Shown: in pieces, positions 18,046-27,580 of the stretch | How the letters are laid out: every line of letters begins with the position of its first letter | Position numbering within the stretch: the stretch's first letter is position 1 | Origin: Candidatus Hydrogenedentota bacterium | GTDB taxonomy: Bacteria; Hydrogenedentota; Hydrogenedentia; Hydrogenedentales; SLHB01 | Reading direction: 5' to 3' | NCBI GenBank assembly: GCA_963668025.2 | Contig: CAXXTH010000006.1 | Span: forward strand, 54,179 to 118,178 | Length of the DNA: 64,000 nt | Notes under the pieces: model-generated | The model's input: the letters and a program-made list of their open reading frames with translations, nothing else | Database searches by the model: none | What the model was told of the DNA's origin: nothing | Translations under genes and position numbers: made by a program

Positions 18046-19119
18046 TCAACCCCACCCACCTAAGTAGAATAACCGTGCGGGGCAATGGCCAGAGGTTACG
18101 GCTGCTCCATCATCCGGGATATGCACGGGGAATTTCGCGCCAAAGCGCACAAACTCGACATGGCCGTCTACATAGAGGACATTGCTGCCGCCGGGTACAT
18201 GATTGTAATAAATAACCGCAGTATCATTAGCGGTGTTCCCCGACCAAGCATCCCACATCACCGGCAATTGGCTTTGAGCAGTGCTGCCCGACGCGGGATT
18301 GTTGATATCCGTGATGAAGAAACGCTCGACGCCTTCACGCAACCGGTAGTAAGAGGAAGGAAGCGGTTGTTTATCTTCATCCGCCGTGGAGCGGTTGCCA
18401 TAGCCACCCGTTGTGATCGTTTTTGAAGAGATGTCTTCTTCACCTAGATACGGCATCGTGGTGATTCCCCACCATGTCGAGGGACAGCCCACTTGATCAA
18501 CGATTTTACCAGCGCCGCCCTCCCAGTAGGTTGCCAAAAACGGATATGCTTCCCCCGTTACTATTTTATAAACGGCTGCCCACTGGGTTTCCAAATTCAT
18601 GATGTCACATAATTGAGTCATTGTTTGAATCGCCCAGGGCGTATAGAGATAGGAAGTGGGATTAGATAACAACGCCATTTGACAGGCTTTGGCGGCATCG
18701 GCATTCACGCCCGTTTTTACGTCACGAATCGCTCCAGGGAGATCTTCTGGTATGGCAAGATAGCCTACATTGCCCGTGCCAAACCCCATGGGATTGTTGC
18801 CGAGTCCGCGCGGATCGGATGGACACAACACGATATTGGCGTCATTCCAATAATCCGGGTACAGCTCATGTGCGCCAATGCCCATCGAAGTGAACCATCC
18901 CATGTTGGTGTAGAGTTGCTTGGGTGGGAAAAGCCCAGATTTGTTCTCGCCCGCATACATCTTAAAGATGATGCCGAACTGCTTTAGGTTGCTCGCGCAA
19001 CTGGCCCGGCGGGCCGCTTCACGCGCCCGCGCCAAGGCGGGCAAGAGGATGGCGGCTAGAATGGCAATGATGGCGATAACTACGAGCAACTCGATTAGTG
19101 TAAATCCTCTCTTGTGCAT
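18046..19119 (-). CDS. DUF1559 prepilin-type protein (H-X9-DG), copy B
   Basis: Same motifs as copy C. Confidence 0.92.
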   Translation of the reverse strand: MHKRGFTLIELLVVIAIIAILAAILLPALARAREAARRASCASNLKQFGIIFKMYAGENKSGLFPPKQLYTNMGWFTSMGIGAHELYPDYWNDANIVLCPSDPRGLGNNPMGFGTGNVGYLAIPEDLPGAIRDVKTGVNADAAKACQMALLSNPTSYLYTPWAIQTMTQLCDIMNLETQWAAVYKIVTGEAYPFLATYWEGGAGKIVDQVGCPSTWWGITTMPYLGEEDISSKTITTGGYGNRSTADEDKQPLPSSYYRLREGVERFFITDINNPASGSTAQSQLPVMWDAWSGNTANDTAVIYYNHVPGGSNVLYVDGHVEFVRFGAKFPVHIPDDGAAVTSGHCPARLFYLGGWG

Positions 19120-19166
19120 AGCCACACACTCCTTCATGGTTGATTGCGTGCCAATAGTTCAGAGGA

Positions 19167-20244
19167 TCAACTCCACCCGCCGAAAAGGATCAACCGCCCG
19201 GGAACATCACCACCCGTTACGCCCGCACCGTCTTTCGGCACATGTACGGGAAATTTCGCGCCAAAGCGCACAAACTCGACATGGCCGTCCACATAGAGGA
19301 CATTGCTGCCGCCGGGTACGTGATTGTAGTAAACAATTCCGGTATCGCCAGTGACGTTCGCATTGCCGGACCATGCATCCCACATCACCGGCAACTGGCT
19401 CTGGGCGACGCTGCCCGATGCGGGGTTGTTGATATCCGTGATAAAGAATCGTTCGACGCCTTCACGAAGCCGGTAGTAAGAGGAAGGAAGCGGTTGTCCG
19501 CCCTCATCCGCTGTAGTGCGGTTCTTATAGCCGCCCAGCTTAAGCTCTTCGTTTGTGACATCCTTTTCGCCTAAATAAGGCATTTCCCAGATAGTGGGCC
19601 ATGTCGAAGGGCAGCCCACTTGATCGAGAATGCTGCCAGCTCCACCTGTGCAAACGGCGTTCAGAGGATAGGCTTCACCATTAATCTTCGTATAAATACC
19701 TGCCCATTGAGCTTCCACCCACATGATATCCGTCAATTGCGTCATGGTTTGAACCGCCCAAGGCATATAAAGATAAGAGGTTGGACTGGATAGTAATGTC
19801 ATTTGGCAGGCCTTGCCAACCACAGGATCTAAATTCGTTTTGACGTTGCGCACCGCCGCGCCAATATCTTCCGGTATGGTAAAATATTCAGGTTTCATGC
19901 CTGATCCAGCTAGAGGGAGATTTCCGATGGCGCGCGGATCAGAGGGGCACAAGATGATACTGGCATCATTCCAATAATCTGGGAACAGCTTGTGTGCGCC
20001 GATACCCATTGGAGTCAGCCAACCGACCTGAGCATACATCTGTTTGGGGGGGGAAGTATCCCTCTTTGTTCTCGCCCGCATACATCTTAAAGATGATGCC
20101 GAACTGCTTTAGGTTGCTCGCGCAACTGGCCCGGCGGGCCGCTTCACGCGCCCGCGCCAAGGCGGGTAAGAGGATGGCGGCTAGAATAGCAATGATGGCG
20201 ATAACGACGAGCAACTCAATTAGTGTAAATCCTCTCTTGTGCAT
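19167..20244 (-). pseudogene. DUF1559 prepilin-type protein, copy A, +1 frameshift in a C8 tract
   Basis: ORFs 19966-20259 and 19167-20081 join into one paralog if G8 at 20046-20053 is read as G7 (FPPKQ, as in copy C). Confidence 0.85.
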
Positions 20245-20378
20245 GGCCAAGTCTCCCAAATTAAATGGCTGAATTCCAATACTCCCTCACCTAAACTCTC
20301 TCACACATATATGAAGATGATGCCACATGGGCTTCGCGCACCCTCCGCGTACCGCCCGTGTTTACTCATTCTTGCTCT

Positions 20379-20407
20379 ATCGTACTCATTTCTGCATGTT
20401 TTGTCAA
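20379..20407 (-). promoter_or_regulatory. Sigma70-like promoter of the DUF1559/sugar operon
   Basis: TTGACA-17nt-TACGAT on the minus strand. Confidence 0.65.
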
Positions 20408-20604
20408 GGGCCAAAAAGGAAGGGAGCCCTCCGCGCTCACGGATAAAGAGGGCTGGATGACGCCGTTGAAGGAAAGTGCATTTAAAGGAAATTCAACATG
20501 TTAAGCAGGTTGTAAGCGGCTTTGTTCTCTCCGGGGCGGGCAAATAAGGGCATAGCTTCTTGCCATCTTTTATTTATTTCGATGACTTTTTTGTACTCAA
20601 GCGG

Positions 20605-20633
20605 TTGACAACAGTGCATGGACGTGCTATATT
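20605..20633 (+). promoter_or_regulatory. Sigma70-like promoter of the aminotransferase
   Basis: TTGACA-17nt-TATATT, with TG upstream of the -10. Confidence 0.7.
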
Positions 20634-20713
20634 TTATCTAAATCGCGCATGAATGCGCGCCGCACAGGGAGCTGATCAAGCGGAAGCAGCCAATAATAGG
20701 AGCGACTTATATA

Positions 20714-22102
20714 ATGGACCCATTAATCGAGAAGATCTACTCAATGACACCGGAACAGCAAGCCGAATGTGGAAAGCATGTCATGCTCGGCGGAGGAACG
20801 CCAGGGCCTATGCTTGTGCGAGGCAAGGGCATTCGTGTTGAGGATATCCACGGCAAGCAGTATATTGACTGCACCTCCCAAAGCTGGGCGATGTACCTTG
20901 GTTTCTGCAATCCCGAGATCTCGGGCGCTATTCGGGATCATGAAGGGGCTTATCTGAACCGGGTGCATCAAGCGTTCCACACGCTGCCGCGCCATTATTT
21001 GTCCAAGCAGATTTCCGATATTTGCCCGAAGGGTTTCACGCGCGTCTCCTATACCGTTGGCGGCGGCCCGGCCATCGAAGCGGCCATGAAGATCGCCCTG
21101 CTCAACCGCCCTGGCGCGCAAGTTTTTGTAAGCCAGTATGACAGCTACCATGGCACGACGCTTTCGGCCATGAGCCTTTCCTGGCACTCGACCCGCGCCA
21201 ATGGCAAATATGTGGGAGGCTCGCATTTCTTGCCGCTTCTCCACGACACCGCGCGGTTCCCGAATCCCTATCTGCTGCGCCTGCCTATTCCCGGAAAGCA
21301 TGAGAAGCCGGATGTGGCATGCGCGGATATGCTGCGTGTAACCCTCGAGCGCGGCGTGAATGGCCCGCCAGCGGCGGTCATTGTCGAGCCGATCCAGGCC
21401 AGCGCCGGGCAGATTCCCGCCACGAAGGCGTATTTGCAACGCGTACGCGAGATTTGTGATGAATTCGGGGCCTTGTTGATTTTCGATGAGATTCAAACAT
21501 TGTGCCGCATTGGCCGCTGGACCGCCGCCGAACACTTCGGCGTCAATCCCGATATCATCGTCTTCGGAAAAGGCCTTGGCGGTGGGCTTCCCTTGGCGTG
21601 CATCGTTATCCGCGACGGGCTCGAAGGCTTTGGCATGGATGTGCAGGAACTGCATACATTCGGCAGTTCGACGCTCTCGCATATCGCGAGCGCCAAGATG
21701 TTTGAGATTATCCAGCGCGACAACATCCTCGAAAACGTGCGCACGGTCGGTGATTACATCGGGGCGCAAGTCGAGTCGATGCGCGCCGAGTTCCCCGAGA
21801 TCGCCGAAGTGCGCCAGATCGGATTCCATATCGGCATCGAATTCGCCAAGCCGGACGAGGCGCTTACGCCGATGGCCGCCGAGACCGTGGCGATCCGCGA
21901 CGCGGGCATTGAACGGGGATGTATCTTCGGATTGGGCGGCGTGCGCAAGCAGGTGTTGAAGATTAAGCCTGCTCTCATCTGCACGAAAGAAGAAGCGGAC
22001 ACGATACTGGATGTCTTCTACGAGTCCATGACCGCCGTTTTGCGTAAAGGGCAGCGGGCGAATGGCAAACGCAAAGCCGCATCCGTGGGAGCCGCGGTCT
22101 GA
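20714..22102 (+). CDS. Class III PLP-dependent aminotransferase
   Basis: 'SYHGTT', 'VEPIQ', 'LIFDEIQT', 'PDIIVFGKGLGGG', 'HTFG'. Confidence 0.93.
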   Translation: MDPLIEKIYSMTPEQQAECGKHVMLGGGTPGPMLVRGKGIRVEDIHGKQYIDCTSQSWAMYLGFCNPEISGAIRDHEGAYLNRVHQAFHTLPRHYLSKQISDICPKGFTRVSYTVGGGPAIEAAMKIALLNRPGAQVFVSQYDSYHGTTLSAMSLSWHSTRANGKYVGGSHFLPLLHDTARFPNPYLLRLPIPGKHEKPDVACADMLRVTLERGVNGPPAAVIVEPIQASAGQIPATKAYLQRVREICDEFGALLIFDEIQTLCRIGRWTAAEHFGVNPDIIVFGKGLGGGLPLACIVIRDGLEGFGMDVQELHTFGSSTLSHIASAKMFEIIQRDNILENVRTVGDYIGAQVESMRAEFPEIAEVRQIGFHIGIEFAKPDEALTPMAAETVAIRDAGIERGCIFGLGGVRKQVLKIKPALICTKEEADTILDVFYESMTAVLRKGQRANGKRKAASVGAAV

Positions 22103-22228
22103 CATCAGAAAGTAAAAACAAGCTAGAACAACTAGCGGCCCCGGCAACATGATGAGAATAAGGAATGCCCGGAACATTCCGACAGCCAATCTTGCCGGCG
22201 CCTTCTCCCGAACGTGGGAAACAGAAGT

Positions 22229-22267
22229 ATGAACGGCGGGCCCTGCATAGGGCCCGCCGTTCATTTT
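22229..22267 (+). terminator. Intrinsic terminator
   Basis: ATGAACGGCGGGCCCT-GCAT-AGGGCCCGCCGTTCAT-TTT, a perfect 16-bp stem. Confidence 0.85.
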
Positions 22268-22776
22268 AGCATCCTTATTTGATAGGTTAGGCTGGCGTTG
22301 GTTGTTAACAGGCCCAGGCCTCGAATCATGTCAATCATGTTCAAAAAAAAGCTGCTATTTCTTCAGCCGGCTAAAGATAGGTGCTAAGGGGGAGCTCGCT
22401 CAAGCGAGCTGACCGGAAGCAAATGAACCGCAAAGCAAATAAGATGATACTATAGCGGACTGAAGCAGGAGCAATTTTTGTAACACTTCGGCCGACTGAA
22501 GTAGCATTTTATATTTGGCAGTCTTGTTTATTCCCTTTCGCCGGTATTGATACCTCATTTTTCACCACTTGGCTATAGTGTTACAAAAAATCTTGTTTCA
22601 TCTTGAAAATCATGTCTAGAAAAATTCCTCCATCAGAGGTGGCACTATGTATTCGCGATTCAAAAATCGTCCCAATGTTTTTACTTCAAATTGCTAAAGT
22701 GTTACGATATTTCTGTCTATTACTATTAGCAAGAGCGGCGGATCGGCGCACTTAGCTTGCCGAGGACATGTAAACG

Positions 22777-23001
22777 ATGAAGCGTGCCCTGATTCAACCC
22801 AGCATCTGCCAAAACTGCGTTTCATGCGGCGCGGAAGCCAACTGCCCGATGCGTGCGGTATTCCGGGAATCGCGGAATGAACGCCCGTGGGTGGATTTTT
22901 ACCGTTGCTCTGGATGCCTCAAATGCAAGGTTTTTTGTCCAAACCATGCGATTGGAGAAATAGCCCATCCCTGTGATGGTAAAGGGCGAATGGGCTGGTA
23001 A
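22777..23001 (+). CDS. 2x[4Fe-4S] ferredoxin-like protein
   Basis: CQNCVSC...CP and CSGCLKC...CP. GAGGA RBS. Confidence 0.85.
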   Translation: MKRALIQPSICQNCVSCGAEANCPMRAVFRESRNERPWVDFYRCSGCLKCKVFCPNHAIGEIAHPCDGKGRMGW

Positions 23002-23025
23002 TTCCATCATCGGACAGGAGCAAAA

Positions 23026-23202
23026 ATGATCACGGTTGTACTTTCCGAGGAAGACCTCATACGCCTGGAGGTCATCGATATGGACCGCGATGAGCAAGAA
23101 GCTCTCGCATTTCTCCGGGAGCGTATTTTACCGGAGATCAAGCGCCAGAAGAGGGGCAAGATGCAGAACCATCTTGACGGTGGGAAAGGCTCTGCTTTCT
23201 GA
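23026..23202 (+). CDS. 58-aa hypothetical protein (not in the ORF track)
   Basis: AGGAG RBS, then MITVVLSEEDLIRLEVIDMDRDEQEALAFLRERILPEIKRQKRGKMQNHLDGGKGSAF. Directly follows the ferredoxin. Confidence 0.7.
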   Translation: MITVVLSEEDLIRLEVIDMDRDEQEALAFLRERILPEIKRQKRGKMQNHLDGGKGSAF

Positions 23203-23443
23203 AGCCGCGTTCATACAAGAAGCTGGTAACAGAGGCAACGAACGAGCTCGGTGAATTCGCTCCAGTACAGGGATTCATCATGAATCCTATTTCACGCAAA
23301 GCCGCCAAGCACGCGAGGTTTTTTGAAAACTAACGGCAGGAATGCCTGCGTACCTCCTATATCCGAGTGGTGAAACTGCGGCCATTACGCCCACACGCTG
23401 GTCCAACTCTTTACATGGCGTTTTGCTTGGGGTTTGCTCATCA

Positions 23444-23512
23444 CATGGGCGAGACGCCCATGCTACGGGAGTTAAAAACGCTGAGTAAAATTTATTGGCG
23501 TTCATTCGCGGT
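23444..23512. repeat. REP half plus GCGTTCATTCGCGG motif
   Basis: CATGGGCGAGACGCCCATGCTACGGGAG followed by the same downstream motif as at ~16010-16032. Confidence 0.7.
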
Positions 23513-23556
23513 TAGAAAGGGCAGGCCGTTTGGTTTCGGTCATGCCGCGCGGCGTA

Positions 23557-26163
23557 TTACTTGCTTTTGTGGTCTAGCATCAGCCGGATTCGGCGCAATA
23601 GAGTTTCGGGGCCGAACGGTTTTTGGATCGTTTGGATATTTGTTTTTTTCAGTAAGGAGTCAGCTAATGCGCTGGTGCTGTGGGCGCTGCTGAAGAGCAC
23701 AGGTAGATGCGGCATCTTTGCTTGGATATGTTCACACACGACAGTGCCGTGCCGTTTGGGCATGGTGACGTCCAGAAGCGCCAAGTCGATTTCTGCCGAA
23801 TGTTTCTCGAACGCATTCAGGGCTTCTTCACCGTCTGTGGCTAATAACACCCGGTATCCCGCATTTTGCAATACCTGCACGATGACTCGCTGGACAATGT
23901 CATCATCTTCCGCGACCAGAATGGTTTCAGAACCGCCCACGGCGGGCGCATCGCATACCAAGCAGTCCATTTCCAGGCAAAGCTGCGTCACGGCCGGCAG
24001 ATAGATCCGAAAGGTAGCGCCCTCGCCCAAGAAGCTTTCAAAGTCGATGACGCCATTGTGTTGTTTGACAATTCCATAGACCGTTGAAAGGCCCAGCCCC
24101 GTGCCTTTCCCCATTTCCTTCGTGGTGAAAAAGGGCTCGAACACCCGCTCTTTTATTTCCGGGGCCATGCCTGCGCCGTTATCAGATATGGTGCAGAGGA
24201 GGTATTCTCCCGCGGAGGCGTTTGGATAGCTCTCACAAAACTGGGCATCCGCAACGAACTTGCTCGTGGAAACGATGATGATTCCACCCCGGGGCATTGC
24301 ATCGCGCGCATTGACACACAAATTGATCAGCACCTGCGTGAGCTGCCCCGCATCCGCATGCACCAGCGGTATGTCTTCAGCGAGGTCTAATCTAAGCTCC
24401 ACGTGTTCGCCAATGAGCCGGGACAGCATTTTCGCGAACTCAATGATGATATCATTCACATCGAGATCATGCGGTTCGGTGGCTTGCTGGCGGCTGAACA
24501 TGAGAAGCTGGCGCGTGAGCGCCGTAGCGCGGTCTGAGGCTTTTAGAATGTTGGCCAGATAAGAATGCCGGGTATCATTCGGGTCCGTTTTTTCTTGGGC
24601 TAATGCGGCATAGCCTTGGATCCCTTGCAACAGGTTGTTAAAATCATGGGCCACGCCGCTGGCAAGCTGGCCGACGGCTTCCATTTTTTCGGATTGGCGC
24701 AACCGTTGTTCCAATGTCGTCTCGAGTGTGACATCGCGTTGAACCGAGACATAATTGATGATGTGTCCCGATGCGTCCCGCACCGGAGATATGGAGCCTT
24801 TCTGCTCAAACAATGTGCCGTCTTTGCGCCGGTTGGTTCTACTTCCTGTCCAGATTTCCCCGGAGGATACAACGGACATGATGCTGGCGTTGAGGGCGTC
24901 ATCATGCATGCTGGCATGTAATATTTCTGGGGTTTTTCCGAGCACTTCTTCGGCGGTGTAGCCGCTTAAACTTTCGAAGGCGGGATTCACGTATTCGATC
25001 ACGCCAGCCGCATTGGTGATCAAGATAGCTTCGCCAGTTTGCTCGATGGCGGTTACGAGCTTGTTGCACTCTTCTTGCACCGCTATGCGCTCTAATATCT
25101 CGCGTTCCATTTTGTGATTCAATGCGGTCAATTGCGCCGTGCGCTCTTGGACCATATCTTCGAGGCGGTCTCGATACCGGGCTAATTCTTCCTCCGCCTG
25201 CTTGCGTTCCGTAATATCGCGCGTAATGGCGATGACGCCGGTGACTTCGCCGGACATATCAAGAAGCGCGGAACTGCGCTGTTCCAGCATATGGAGCTGT
25301 CCAGAGGCGTCTTGATAGCGGTATTCGATAGCGCTTGTCTTTCGGGATTCTAAAAGATGGATGCGATCTTCCAGGAAATGGGGTAGATCCTCCGGCACAA
25401 TGCCGGCTTCCCAGGAGCTCCCCTCTGCAATAAAATGCCCGGTGGGGCAGCCGGTGATTTGTTCCACTGCGGGATTGGCGCTGAGTATGCGGCCCCTTGG
25501 ATCGAAGACTAAGATGGCGTCTACCGCATTCTCCGTCACAAGCCGGTAATGGTCTTCGCTGTCCCGGACGCGCTCATGCAATAAATGCGTTGCAAACAGG
25601 CGGGCTGCGCGTTCGGCGATGAGTGCCATGACATGTTCGGTGTCTAGAGAAAAAAAGTCCGGCTCACTATGGGTCAAATTGAGCACGCCAATCACTTTTT
25701 TATCCACGCATAATGGAAAACAGAGCATGGAGCGAACGCAAACCTTGCTGTTAGCATGCAGTATAAAGCCTTCATGCTGGCTGGAGTCGCTGATTCGAAT
25801 GGGGGAGTTGGATAGCGCCGCTTTGCCGACGACGCCTTCTCCGAGGCGGAACCGCGGCCCATGCCACATGCCTGGCTCGAAGGTGCGGCCGTGCGTGTCG
25901 AAAGGGCTGCATGCGCCGCGCAGTTCGAGAAACTCGCCCGTCTCATCCAAGAGCATGAGGGAGCAGTTCTCCGCGGCAAGCCCCAAGGCAATCGTTTCGA
26001 GGATTCCCCGTGTAATATGGTCAATGCTTTTCCGGGGATCATCCAGTTCATTCATTTGGCGGAGTATGGACAGCGCCTGCACTAAACGTTCATAGCGCAA
26101 CGTCATATGGCGCAGCGCTTCGGAATAGGCATGGGTGCTGGATATATCGCCTCCGGTAATCAT
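23557..26163 (-). CDS. Hybrid sensor histidine kinase (GAF-PAS-PAS-HisKA-HATPase-REC)
   Basis: '[10 protein letters not shown]', '[10 protein letters not shown]', '[18 protein letters not shown]', receiver 'LVAEDD...LLDVTMP...QKPF'. Confidence 0.95.
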   Translation of the reverse strand: MITGGDISSTHAYSEALRHMTLRYERLVQALSILRQMNELDDPRKSIDHITRGILETIALGLAAENCSLMLLDETGEFLELRGACSPFDTHGRTFEPGMWHGPRFRLGEGVVGKAALSNSPIRISDSSQHEGFILHANSKVCVRSMLCFPLCVDKKVIGVLNLTHSEPDFFSLDTEHVMALIAERAARLFATHLLHERVRDSEDHYRLVTENAVDAILVFDPRGRILSANPAVEQITGCPTGHFIAEGSSWEAGIVPEDLPHFLEDRIHLLESRKTSAIEYRYQDASGQLHMLEQRSSALLDMSGEVTGVIAITRDITERKQAEEELARYRDRLEDMVQERTAQLTALNHKMEREILERIAVQEECNKLVTAIEQTGEAILITNAAGVIEYVNPAFESLSGYTAEEVLGKTPEILHASMHDDALNASIMSVVSSGEIWTGSRTNRRKDGTLFEQKGSISPVRDASGHIINYVSVQRDVTLETTLEQRLRQSEKMEAVGQLASGVAHDFNNLLQGIQGYAALAQEKTDPNDTRHSYLANILKASDRATALTRQLLMFSRQQATEPHDLDVNDIIIEFAKMLSRLIGEHVELRLDLAEDIPLVHADAGQLTQVLINLCVNARDAMPRGGIIIVSTSKFVADAQFCESYPNASAGEYLLCTISDNGAGMAPEIKERVFEPFFTTKEMGKGTGLGLSTVYGIVKQHNGVIDFESFLGEGATFRIYLPAVTQLCLEMDCLVCDAPAVGGSETILVAEDDDIVQRVIVQVLQNAGYRVLLATDGEEALNAFEKHSAEIDLALLDVTMPKRHGTVVCEHIQAKMPHLPVLFSSAHSTSALADSLLKKTNIQTIQKPFGPETLLRRIRLMLDHKSK

Positions 26164-26179
26164 CTGGATGATATTACCC

Positions 26180-27103
26180 CTAATGTATTACAGAGATAAA
26201 ATCTCTCGCTTCTCCGCGCAGCTCATCAAGCTGCACCCGTACATGCTTTACATCGGTCCGTGTAATCCCCAGCGTATCAAGCAATGCTTTTCCTATCAAA
26301 GGAGCCCGCCAATCCCCCGCCCGGCCAAATCCTGCTTCCCGGGACATTTCCGCGGCCAGCGCGACAATGGCCACTTCTTTTTGGTAAAGGCCCCTGTAAT
26401 GATCGGCTCGATAGACATTCTGTATCATATCCGTTATGGATTGTGGAAACCGCCATTTCTCGGCAATCCATCCTCCCACATCCGCATGCGTGATTCCAAG
26501 ATGCTCCATTTCTATGTTTTTCAGCATGCAGGTGAACGTTTCCGCTTCGGCGGCCATATGGCGGTATTGTTTTGGCAAGGTCAGCGCCATCACATATTTG
26601 CCGATATCATGCAATAGGCCGCCTGTAAAGCATAATTCCGGATGGGTGGTTTTGCAGTACTCATTGCTGATGATATGCGCGGCTTTCGCCGCCCCTAATG
26701 CATGCATCCAGAAGTCTTCGGGGTCTAGAGCGAACTGCTGCAGTTCTGAGAAGCTTTTGAACACCGAAGCCGCCAATGCGAGATGGCTTACTGCGTCAAA
26801 TCCGAGCACGACCACCGCCCGTTGAATCGTGTCCACCTCGTTGCGAAGCCCATAGAATGCGGAGTTGGCCAGCCGCAATACCCGTGCGGAGATTGCGTGG
26901 TCCTGTTCCAGGAGCGTAGTGAGATCCGCGGCGGATGAATACTCATCTTCTACTGCTTCGAGTATTTTGATGACAACCTGGGGCAGAGTAGGCAGGTCAC
27001 GAATTGTCAGAAGACCTGTAAAAATATGCTGCTCATCAATAGCCAAAATGTCGCTTCCTCGGAAATTTATCCCCAAGCATGGAAGGTTTTCCCCTTCACG
27101 CAC
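26180..27103 (-). CDS. HDOD-domain protein
   Basis: 'LPTLPQ', 'LRLANSAFYG', 'FWMHAL', 'GLLHDIGK', 'HADVG'. Start codon uncertain. Confidence 0.9.
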   Translation of the reverse strand: MREGENLPCLGINFRGSDILAIDEQHIFTGLLTIRDLPTLPQVVIKILEAVEDEYSSAADLTTLLEQDHAISARVLRLANSAFYGLRNEVDTIQRAVVVLGFDAVSHLALAASVFKSFSELQQFALDPEDFWMHALGAAKAAHIISNEYCKTTHPELCFTGGLLHDIGKYVMALTLPKQYRHMAAEAETFTCMLKNIEMEHLGITHADVGGWIAEKWRFPQSITDMIQNVYRADHYRGLYQKEVAIVALAAEMSREAGFGRAGDWRAPLIGKALLDTLGITRTDVKHVRVQLDELRGEARDFISVIH

Positions 27104-27580
27104 AATTATTATATCACAAATTCGGCTTAAAGATAGCAGAGAAATTTACGCAAATATTATTTTATTTTATTGAATATCGTATTTTAAATAAACATTCAGC
27201 CCTAAAACCCACCCTTGATCTCTGGATGATAATTGACAATGATATCGCGGCGTATTTTTCATTCTCAAGTTCTTGGATGTTTCACAGAAGCGGCATGGAG
27301 AAAGTGCTTTCTTGTATGGGTAAAAGCGTGAGCGATCACGTTTTGTACCGCATGCAATTCTTTCTTTGCACCCAAACACCGGTAGAAATCGCGGCACCCT
27401 TGGCATATGCGTGGATATTCGAGCAGCAAAGTGGCCTTTTGTTCAGCTCGATATTGGCTAAACTGGCATTGGGCTTGTCATCCGAGATGAAGTCCATGGG
27501 GCATGGACGGCGGATTCATCATGAGAACGCGCCATTGCGCCAATCCCATGGGCGCAATGGCTTAGTTTCGCGTGAAAATC

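Noticed and set aside
16929-20244. Diversity-generating retroelement acting on the DUF1559 paralogs or the FGE domain
   Set aside because: No reverse transcriptase or template repeat is in the window, and differences are not adenine-specific and include indels.
20741-22264. Long antisense ORFs (also 41758-43116, 43687-44919, 3223-4008)
   Set aside because: These are shadows of well-supported genes on the opposite strand in GC-rich DNA, with no recognisable motifs.
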